Part shown: positions 25,169-32,000 of the stretch, piece by piece
Layout: every line of letters begins with the position of its first letter
Numbering within the stretch: position 1 is the first letter of the stretch
Source: Edaphobacter aggregans
GTDB lineage: Bacteria; Acidobacteriota; Terriglobia; Terriglobales; Acidobacteriaceae
Direction: 5' to 3'
DNA: 32,000 nucleotides
Assembly (NCBI RefSeq): GCF_003945235.1
Contig: NZ_RSDW01000001.1
Location: 2,850,001-2,882,000, forward strand
The notes under the pieces: generated by a model
The model's database searches: none
The model's input: the letters and a program-made list of their open reading frames with translations, nothing else
Told to the model about the DNA's origin: nothing
Position numbers and translations under genes: made by a program

Positions 25169-27523
25169 ATGAGATCGCGTTTGCAAGGCGGTTTGCTCGC
25201 TGCAGTCGCAATGTTTCTCGCGACCGGGGCAGTGTGTGCCTACGCACAGACGCCCCGAAAGGCTGCAGAAAAGTGGCAAATCGATGGCATAGTCGCTGCC
25301 CTAAAAGATCCTATCTTGGAAGTCAGGACACACGCCTTGCTATATGTTCAATCCAACTCAGAATTTACATGGGATGGCGTTCCTGACCCTCTAATCGCCT
25401 CTCTTCTAAATGATCCTAATGTTCGGCGGGTTATTTCTTCTCTAAAAGCGAACGACGACAACGTTCAAAGTGGAACCGATACGGCAGCAGACATAACGAT
25501 GCCTCGAAGTCAGGATGATCAAATCGCACTGCTCGAAAATCAAAATGTAAGCTTTGCTGTTCGAAAGGCCGTCGCATTGGTCCTCTGTACAACCCCTTCA
25601 CCCCAAGAGGAACATGCACTTATCACCCAACTCAGAGTCAAACAGCTTCGATCTGTCCTCGTAAAATCCCTTGTCGTACATGGACCCTTAAATTTTAAGA
25701 CGCTGCCCGATCTTACCTACCCCTTTTACTATTCTTACGAAGATTTACCGGAATATCGTTTTCTGATTCACTACCTCTTGGGTGGAAATGATAAAGCCGA
25801 ATTAGTGTTAAAACACACATTTTTCGAGGAGGGCGAGGATAAGGTAAAGGCCGCCGATTATTCAGACATAGATGATGCGCGTAAAGCTCTCGAAGCCTTT
25901 GACGCCGTTCTCCCAATCAACACGAGGAACACGGGTTTTCAGGCCGAAATTGAGAAACAGATACTTTTTATTGCACATAAATGGAAAGATGAATGGACTT
26001 CGAAAGACTATGAACTACTAAACTCACTTTCATTCAAAATGAATGAAGATTCTCGGGCTGCTCTTAATAACATCATCAAACAACCTTATTGGACACGCCT
26101 CCTTCAAAAATTGTGGAAAGTTATTGCGGTTCAGATCGCCTTTTGGATACTGCTCCTATATTTCTATCCCAGATCGAGGGCCGTCCAGGCATTCTTTTTC
26201 TGGAACCGTTGGGCACGCAAGTTCTTCGGTTTGGGATATGTCGATCTTTGTTTGACCTGGATTCCTTACTTGCGAAATCGCTTGCTCGGTCCCTTCCGCG
26301 AGGAGCTTGTAGCGGAGGCCCGTGTCTCAGACGAAGATTTGAACGACTATTTCCATGACATCGAAGTAAGGCAAGGTGAGAGTCACATTTCGCTCTTCCA
26401 CGCAATTCCTGAGATCTTTGGCCAAAGCATTCTGGAAAGTGAATCTGGTCTTGGAAAATCGATCTTCTTGCGTCGCCTCGTAAGCATGTCGAAACGGACA
26501 AACGCCTACTTGGCTGCAGAAAACTGTGATCGGGGCGTCTTCGAACTGATTCAGTTGAAGCTTAAAGGCAAAGCCAGCGATGAGACCTTTCTCCGTAGCA
26601 TCATTTGGGCTGGTGGTCTCAGCATCGTCATCGATGGATTGAATGAGGTTACCGTAGAAACACGCGAGAAGATCCGCCGCTTCGTCGACGACTTCCCAAA
26701 AGCTAATATCCTCTTAGCGACACAACCCCTGTTTTGGAAACGACCTCCCAAAGCACTGGTCTTTCGTATCTCGCCTCTTACTGACGATCGCATCCAGGCC
26801 TTCCTTGAAAGCAGATATAGGACATTTGTTTCGCCGCTCATCATGACAGAAAGCGCATATAAGCAAAGATGCCGAGACTATCTCGAAGACGTCCTCGGTA
26901 ATTGCCAGTCCGAAGAAGACAAAACAGCAGCACGGTTGGTCCTTTCAAATCCTATGGACCTTACCGTTGCCGCTCAAATTTTGGTTGCCGGTGACACTCC
27001 TACTCTTAGAAATCTGCAAGAGCAACAATTCACGCGCGTCGATCGAGACTTCCGGGATATTCGCCACGGCGAGCAGTTTCCCCTCCGGCAATTTTCCGAA
27101 AGTGTTTATGAAAGGCTTCTGGGCGACGAGATCACGCTCGACAGCTCTCAGTTCTTTGAAGCTATCCAGGTACTTTCATCTCACAAAATGGTCCTGATGC
27201 AGAATGAAATTGATGCCGATCAAAGACCTGTCAGGAGATGGGTCTTCCGCCACGATAAAATACGAGATTTCTTTTTGGTAAAAGCCTTCGAAAACGACCA
27301 CGGTAACCGAATTGGAGAGCATATAGAAGATCCACGATTCCGCGGCGTCTACCTTATGCTCGCCTCACAACTGCCCCTCGCCGAAGCCAATGAATTGAGA
27401 GACGCCCTCGTCGATCGTGCGGCAGAGACGAAGGACCACCATCTATCGGATGCCGTTGTTGAAGTCCTCAAAAGCAGACGGGTGGCAGGCTCAAGGCCAG
27501 TCACCCAAAGAACTCCAGCCTGA
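25169..27523 (+). CDS. Membrane-anchored NACHT/STAND-like P-loop NTPase with an N-terminal HEAT-like repeat domain
   Basis: The ORF 24995..27523 starts at GTG. ATG 25169 (MRSRLQGGLLAAVAMFLATGAVCAYAQ) gives a signal/anchor. HEAT-like repeats: ALKDPILEVRTHALLYV, LLNDPNVRRVISSL, LENQNVSFAVRKAVALVL. Hydrophobic block VIAVQIAFWILLLYFY...FFGLGYVDLCLTWIPYL. Walker A ESGLGKS (26447..26461), Walker B SIVIDGLNE (26624..26647), then ISPLTDDRIQAFL. Atypical low GC and codon usage. Confidence 0.75.
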   Translation: MRSRLQGGLLAAVAMFLATGAVCAYAQTPRKAAEKWQIDGIVAALKDPILEVRTHALLYVQSNSEFTWDGVPDPLIASLLNDPNVRRVISSLKANDDNVQSGTDTAADITMPRSQDDQIALLENQNVSFAVRKAVALVLCTTPSPQEEHALITQLRVKQLRSVLVKSLVVHGPLNFKTLPDLTYPFYYSYEDLPEYRFLIHYLLGGNDKAELVLKHTFFEEGEDKVKAADYSDIDDARKALEAFDAVLPINTRNTGFQAEIEKQILFIAHKWKDEWTSKDYELLNSLSFKMNEDSRAALNNIIKQPYWTRLLQKLWKVIAVQIAFWILLLYFYPRSRAVQAFFFWNRWARKFFGLGYVDLCLTWIPYLRNRLLGPFREELVAEARVSDEDLNDYFHDIEVRQGESHISLFHAIPEIFGQSILESESGLGKSIFLRRLVSMSKRTNAYLAAENCDRGVFELIQLKLKGKASDETFLRSIIWAGGLSIVIDGLNEVTVETREKIRRFVDDFPKANILLATQPLFWKRPPKALVFRISPLTDDRIQAFLESRYRTFVSPLIMTESAYKQRCRDYLEDVLGNCQSEEDKTAARLVLSNPMDLTVAAQILVAGDTPTLRNLQEQQFTRVDRDFRDIRHGEQFPLRQFSESVYERLLGDEITLDSSQFFEAIQVLSSHKMVLMQNEIDADQRPVRRWVFRHDKIRDFFLVKAFENDHGNRIGEHIEDPRFRGVYLMLASQLPLAEANELRDALVDRAAETKDHHLSDAVVEVLKSRRVAGSRPVTQRTPA

Positions 27524-27557
27524 GCATCTCCCTTGCCATTCAGGGCCGGTCACCTTT

Positions 27558-27579
27558 CGTCGCGAGCTTCTTCGCGATG
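27558..27579 (+). terminator. Hairpin (CGTCGCGA-GCTTCT-TCGCGATG) 35 nt after the NTPase stop; possible terminator
   Basis: 8-bp stem including one G-U pair, read directly. The trailing sequence is only weakly U-rich (ttctattct), so the call is weak. Confidence 0.3.
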
Positions 27580-27681
27580 AGTAGGTTCTATTCTGCCCGG
27601 GGTGAAGGCGAAGTCGTAAACGACTGAATTAACTTCCTATCCCCATAACATTCCAACCAAACCATCTATAAATCAGGCGCC

Positions 27682-28158
27682 TCATCCCAACTCCAACAGC
27701 ATTTCCCTTACCGTCACCCCAAGCACCGGATGCACCATCCCCGGCGCAATCTCCGCCAGCGGTTCCAGCACAAACCGCCGCTCCTGCATCTCCGGATGCG
27801 GCAGCGTCAGCTCCGCCGTATTCATCACCGTCTGCCCATACAGCAGCAAGTCCAGATCGATCACCCGCGGCCCCTTCGCCACGGCACCCTCACGCTCGCG
27901 CCCCATCCCGCGTTCGATATCCAGCAACCCACGCATCAACTCCAGCGGCTGCAACTCTGTCTCCAACAGCAAAGCCCCATTCAAAAACCGAGGCTGATCC
28001 ACATACCCCACCGGCTCCGTGTCATAAAACGACGACACCGCACGAACCTCACCCAACCCCCGCAACCGCTCGATAGCCACCCGAAGGTTCGCCTCGCGGT
28101 CACCAATCCCTTTTGACTCCAGATTCGACCCCAGCGCGATCGCCGCCAGACTTTTCAC
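27682..28158 (-). CDS. folK: 2-amino-4-hydroxy-6-hydroxymethyldihydropteridine diphosphokinase (HPPK)
   Basis: AIALGSNL, RVIDLDLLLYG and LTLPHPEMQERRFVLEPL are typical FolK blocks. The ORF track start (GTG 28218) adds 20 non-conserved residues, so GTG 28158 (VKSLAAIALGSNL) is preferred. Confidence 0.9.
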   Translation of the reverse strand: MKSLAAIALGSNLESKGIGDREANLRVAIERLRGLGEVRAVSSFYDTEPVGYVDQPRFLNGALLLETELQPLELMRGLLDIERGMGREREGAVAKGPRVIDLDLLLYGQTVMNTAELTLPHPEMQERRFVLEPLAEIAPGMVHPVLGVTVREMLLELG

Positions 28159-28273
28159 CCTCGCACCATCCCCAGTGCACCGAAATCTGCCGCGCCAATT
28201 ACCACCCACTGACCACACTTGCCAGTCTTTTCACCGCTTGCTAACCACCGATTTTGCCCAGAAACAGCGAAAA

Positions 28274-28292
28274 ACCGCCCAAAACCGGCGGT
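28274..28292 (-). terminator. Candidate rho-independent terminator downstream of lpxC
   Basis: On the minus strand: ACCGCC-GGTTTTG-GGCGGT followed by TTTTCG. The stem is 6 bp and the T-tract is short, so the call is weak. Confidence 0.35.
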
Positions 28293-28323
28293 AAAAAAAA
28301 ATGCAAATAACATGGAGAGAAAA

Positions 28324-29238
28324 TTAGGCATGCAGAGGCTGCAAATGTCTCTTAACCCGTTCCGGTTCAGGCACTTCGTCGTACCCATGCGCCAGCTCCC
28401 AGGCCGACCGGTCACGCAGCAACCGCTGCACCAGAGCCGTATGCATCGCATGGCCCGCCCTCTCAGCCACCACCCGCCCTTGGATCCGCCGCCCCGCTAG
28501 CGCCAGATCCCCAATCAAATCAAGCACTTTGTGTCGGACAAACTCATCCGGAAAACGAAGAGGCCCATTTTCAACGCCCTGCCGCGAAAGAATAATGGCA
28601 CTCTCATTCGAAACCCCGCGAATCAAGCCCATATCCCGCAACATAGCCTCATCTTCCTTGAATCCAAAAGTCCGCGCCGGAGCAATCTGTTCCACATAAT
28701 CCCCCACCGCGAGATCCCCGGTAAACATCTCATATCCAATAGGTTGCGGAAAATCAATCGTGTACCGTATCCCATACCCCGACCCCGGATACACCCCAAT
28801 AAACTTCGATCCGTCCCGAACCTCAACTTCCTTCAGAATCTTGATATACTCCCGCCGCCGCCTCTGCTGCTTAAGCCCAACAGAATGAAATGCTTGTACA
28901 TAAGGAAAGGCGCTTCCGTCGAGGATGGGAATCTCAAGATTATCCACCTCAACGATGACGTTATCCACCCCATACCCAATCAACGCCGAAAGCAAATGTT
29001 CCGTCGTAGAAATCAGGACACTACCCCGCATCAGGCTGGTAGCATAACTGACTTTCGCGACATTGCGTCCAATCGCAGGAATCTCAAAATTGTCTAAGTC
29101 TATGCGCCTGAACACGATACCCGATCCTGCCGGAGCCGGGACCAATCGCATCGAAACCGGAGCCCCACTGTGCAGGCCAACACCGCTAAACTCTATCTCA
29201 GACCGAATTGTCCGCTCAAAATGGGCTTCCAGTCCCAC
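28324..29238 (-). CDS. lpxC: UDP-3-O-acyl-N-acetylglucosamine deacetylase
   Basis: FSGVGLHSG, TTEHLLSAL and HKVLDLIGDL are conserved LpxC catalytic blocks. GTG start at 29238. Confidence 0.95.
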   Translation of the reverse strand: MGLEAHFERTIRSEIEFSGVGLHSGAPVSMRLVPAPAGSGIVFRRIDLDNFEIPAIGRNVAKVSYATSLMRGSVLISTTEHLLSALIGYGVDNVIVEVDNLEIPILDGSAFPYVQAFHSVGLKQQRRRREYIKILKEVEVRDGSKFIGVYPGSGYGIRYTIDFPQPIGYEMFTGDLAVGDYVEQIAPARTFGFKEDEAMLRDMGLIRGVSNESAIILSRQGVENGPLRFPDEFVRHKVLDLIGDLALAGRRIQGRVVAERAGHAMHTALVQRLLRDRSAWELAHGYDEVPEPERVKRHLQPLHA

Positions 29239-29392
29239 GAATCAACGTCTCCCACAGGTGCCATCCTTAAAATTACAGTCTGGTAAGCATCCGTCGATGT
29301 GGTAAATTCACCACACTTTGTCGGCAAGATCGTTCACTTTTGCGCCTTGGTGAACCTAGCAATAAACCTTTTTACGCCTATAACATGCATCT

Positions 29393-30529
29393 ATGAACAC
29401 CAAAACTATTCTCCCTGCAGTCGAAACCCGGCGTGAATGGATACGAAACAGCCTCAAAGAACTTGTGCTGCAAGAATCGCCAAGTGAAGACATAAATGCA
29501 GTTAACGCTGCATCGGCAATTGTGGAGCGTCTAGCTCGTGGGATGGGGGGGCGTGTCAGGCGGAATAAACAAAAAAAATTTGGGGACGTCGTCGAACTGC
29601 GCTTCGGTCCTGCACGTTCGGGGCGTAAACCCATTCTTTTACTTGGACATATGGATACGGTGTGGCCGATAGGCACGCTGAAAGAGATGCCTTGGCGGGA
29701 GGAAAAAGGGAAATTTTTTGGGCCTGGTGTGCTGGATATGAAAGCCGGAGTTGTGATGGCTCTCGCGGCCGTAAGTACCTTGAAAGAGTTGAAGTTAGAT
29801 CGACCGGTTACCTTGCTTTTAAATAGTGAGGAGGAGGTGGGGAGTCCGGTTTCTCGGGTGATTACGGAGCGGTTGGCGCAGGAATCGGCGGCGGTTTTTG
29901 TTTTGGAACCGGCTCAGGGTCTTGCTTACAAGACGGCTCGGAAGGGCGTAGGCCATTATAATGTGCAGGTTACGGGTGTTGGAGCTCATGCCGGGGTGGA
30001 CTTTGAGAAGGGGCATTCTGCGATTCTAGAGCTGGCTAAACAGATCCAGACCATCTCTGGCTTCGTCAATTTCGCACGGCAGCTGACGGTCAACTGTGGT
30101 GTTATTGGTGGAGGAACGCGGTCAAATGTCGTCGCTTCCGAGGCGCACACCGAGGTGGATGTGCGAATATCGAAGGCCCGTGATGAGGCTTATATCCAAA
30201 AGCTGTTCGACGGACTGAGGGTCTCAGACCGGCACTGCAAGCTGACCATTACAGGCGGTATCAACCGGCCTCCCATGGAGCGGAAGGCTGGGACGATTGC
30301 GCTGTTCAAGCAGGCTCGCAGGCTGGCTGCGGAGCTGGGTTTTGAGCTTGACGAGGCGGCTACGGGGGGTGGGTCGGATGGGAACTTCACGGCTGCGCTT
30401 GGGGTGCCTACGCTCGATGGAATGGGGGCAGTAGGAGAGGGGGCTCATGCGGCGCATGAGTCGGTCGTGATTGAGCACCTGGTGCCGCGGACGGCTCTGC
30501 TGGCGGCGATGATTGCGAGTGTGGATTAG
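29393..30529 (+). CDS. M20 family metallopeptidase (carboxypeptidase G2 / glutamate carboxypeptidase-like)
   Basis: LLLGHMDTVWP, GPGVLDMKAG and LLNSEEEVGSP metal-ligand blocks. Codons are strongly G/T-ending, unlike plus-strand genes further left. Confidence 0.85.
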   Translation: MNTKTILPAVETRREWIRNSLKELVLQESPSEDINAVNAASAIVERLARGMGGRVRRNKQKKFGDVVELRFGPARSGRKPILLLGHMDTVWPIGTLKEMPWREEKGKFFGPGVLDMKAGVVMALAAVSTLKELKLDRPVTLLLNSEEEVGSPVSRVITERLAQESAAVFVLEPAQGLAYKTARKGVGHYNVQVTGVGAHAGVDFEKGHSAILELAKQIQTISGFVNFARQLTVNCGVIGGGTRSNVVASEAHTEVDVRISKARDEAYIQKLFDGLRVSDRHCKLTITGGINRPPMERKAGTIALFKQARRLAAELGFELDEAATGGGSDGNFTAALGVPTLDGMGAVGEGAHAAHESVVIEHLVPRTALLAAMIASVD

Positions 30530-30598
30530 CTAAACACAGGAATCGAACGTTCTACGGCGACGTCTAAGGCGCCGGTTCCATGGTCGCCACACGCAGAA

Positions 30599-31423
30599 CT
30601 ATCGAGACTCATAGTGGCCGCGTGGCTGGCGCCATCGGAAGCACGCAAGCAAGCCGATGATGCCAATCGGAAGAAATGTTCCCGGCTCGGGTACGGGAGC
30701 AGCACTCAAGAAATCGCCGGAAGCCGACGTAAATGTCCAACCCGGGGGCAATTCCAGGAAAGCTTCAGCCGTGCGGCCAAAGTCCGCGCTTGAATCGGGG
30801 TACCCTATACCCGCTGACGCAGACACGTTCAAAGATTCCGTAAGTAATATTGGAGAGTGTGGCCCTGTGAGCGTTATCCCTGCGCTTACGACAAAAGAAG
30901 TCGGACCTTGATCGCCCGATATAGTAGAGACACTCTTACACTCAAAGATGTTGAACTCTATTACGTCCACACACGCGGTTGCTCCAGCGTTGCCTCCATT
31001 TAACCCTCCATCGACCCTCATCCCAAAAATGATTGTGCCACTTGATAAGGGATTGTCAGCCGGGGGCATGAAATCAAGATAGTTAGAGAAGTTTGCGTAC
31101 GCCGATGCATCGGCGAATGTAGCTTCTCCGTTTGTACCAGCATTTCCAGATGCTGCAGCGAAGGCATGAAGCGATCCTTGCGTCGTCCCAATGCTGTTCG
31201 CGCTTGCCATCCCGAACCTGCCATCCGGGCAACTGTGCATCGTACTCTGCTCTCCGTCGGCCATCCTCAACCCCACACCACCACCCTCGTAGGATTCGTT
31301 CGCGCCGGCGCAAGCAGCACCCACCTCGCCGCTGACTTCAGCCCCATATGGGATCGTATCTGAGAAGCACGACGTTGAGATCGCTAGTAGAAACAACAGC
31401 AGGACAGAGCCAGAGAGCGCCAT
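30599..31423 (-). CDS. PEP-CTERM sorting-signal protein (secreted, Gly/Ala/Ser-rich)
   Basis: Signal peptide MALSGSVLLLFLLAISTSCFS. C-terminal VPEPGTFLPIGIIGLLACFRWRQPR = PEP motif + TM + basic tail. Confidence 0.8.
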   Translation of the reverse strand: MALSGSVLLLFLLAISTSCFSDTIPYGAEVSGEVGAACAGANESYEGGGVGLRMADGEQSTMHSCPDGRFGMASANSIGTTQGSLHAFAAASGNAGTNGEATFADASAYANFSNYLDFMPPADNPLSSGTIIFGMRVDGGLNGGNAGATACVDVIEFNIFECKSVSTISGDQGPTSFVVSAGITLTGPHSPILLTESLNVSASAGIGYPDSSADFGRTAEAFLELPPGWTFTSASGDFLSAAPVPEPGTFLPIGIIGLLACFRWRQPRGHYESR

Positions 31424-31533
31424 TTTGCCCTCCTAAAAACCAATCAGTCTACATCCACACCACATCCGCTGACACGGAATTTCTTCACCCTTCGCAAAAC
31501 ACCCGGCCATAGACTTCTGCTCAGGATTGCCCC

Positions 31534-32000
31534 TCAACTACGCTGGCGATCGATATGCCCTAGTTTGGCGCGGGCTTCTTCGAGGAGGGTGATGGTGCGG
31601 GCTATGGGGAGGCCGACTACATTGAAGTAGCAGCCTTCGATGCGGGGGATCCAGCGGGCGGCGTAGCCCTGGATTGCGTAGGCTCCGGCTTTGTCGAGAG
31701 GGTCGCCGGTGGCGATGTAGTCGGCGATTTCGGAGTCTGTGAGAACGTTGAAGGTGACCTGGGTGACTTCGACGTCGCTGACGATTTTGGCGCGGGTGGC
31801 GGCGGCTATGCCTGTGAGAACGGCGTGGGTGCGGCCGCAGAGTAGCTGAAGCATACGGCGGGCGTGGTCGGGGTTGGCGGGCTTGCCCAGGATGTGGCCG
31901 TCGCAGACGACGCAGGTGTCTGCGCCGAGGACGATGAGCGGGTCTTCGGGCGTATCGAGCGAGCGGCGGAGATTCCAGATGGTTTGGGCCTTCTCTTCGG
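31534..32000 (-). CDS. maf: Maf family nucleoside triphosphate pyrophosphatase, C-terminal part; the 5' end lies beyond the right edge
   Basis: The ORF track shows only 31534..31854. My manual translation continues in frame upstream: [53 protein letters not shown]...GAYAIQG, typical of Maf. Confidence 0.85.
   Translation of the reverse strand, partial: EEKAQTIWNLRRSLDTPEDPLIVLGADTCVVCDGHILGKPANPDHARRMLQLLCGRTHAVLTGIAAATRAKIVSDVEVTQVTFNVLTDSEIADYIATGDPLDKAGAYAIQGYAARWIPRIEGCYFNVVGLPIARTITLLEEARAKLGHIDRQRS

Noticed and set aside
29298-29315. Near-palindrome TGTGGTAAA/TTCACCACA as a pair of DnaA boxes, i.e. calling oriC outright
   Set aside because: Each half has two mismatches to TTATCCACA. 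There is only one such element in a 154-bp spacer, no obvious AT-rich unwinding repeats, and no dnaA/dnaN nearby. I report the skew switch but do not annotate an origin.
1-32000. Scan for tRNA/rRNA genes, CRISPR arrays, IS elements and integrases
   Set aside because: No T-loop-like GGTTCGAATCC contexts outside coding regions. No regularly spaced repeats. No transposase- or integrase-like ORFs in the six-frame track. None reported.

Overview
High-GC bacterial chromosomal segment. It is most consistent with an Acidobacteriota (Terriglobia/Acidobacteriaceae-like) genome; this is an inference from an ADOP-type duplicated orphan permease, a PEP-CTERM protein and the general gene content. I support about 28 protein-coding genes. 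Housekeeping genes: tgt, lpxC, folK, maf (partial), an ATP-dependent DNA ligase (partial, found by manual translation at the left edge) and a UPF0303 protein. Envelope and secreted functions: a PLC/AcpA-type phosphoesterase lipoprotein, an M28 and an M20 peptidase, an octaheme c-type cytochrome, a GT-C (ArnT/PMT-like) glycosyltransferase, a Tat-NIPSNAP protein and a PEP-CTERM protein. Transport: a Tet-type MFS, a DHA2 MFS and an ADOP permease. There is also a divergent MarR/FAD-monooxygenase pair and several uncharacterised genes. I saw no rRNA, tRNA, CRISPR array, transposase or integrase. Points worth a second look: (1) a low-GC singleton island (about 25.2-27.5 kb) encoding a membrane-anchored NACHT/STAND-like NTPase with HEAT-like N-terminal repeats; (2) a strand-composition (G vs C, codon position 3) polarity switch in the lpxC/M20 divergent intergenic region near 29.3 kb, which has origin-type polarity or marks an inversion breakpoint; (3) an overlapping HipA-like kinase + DUF3037 gene pair directly upstream of the DNA ligase; (4) an orphan DUF4157 toxin-marker protein carrying a second HExxH domain; (5) 22-bp imperfect direct repeats that exactly bracket the Tet-type MFS gene; (6) tandem 7-TM paralogues and an orphan 2-TM protein of unknown function. 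All domain calls come from motifs I recognised by eye; no database search was run.
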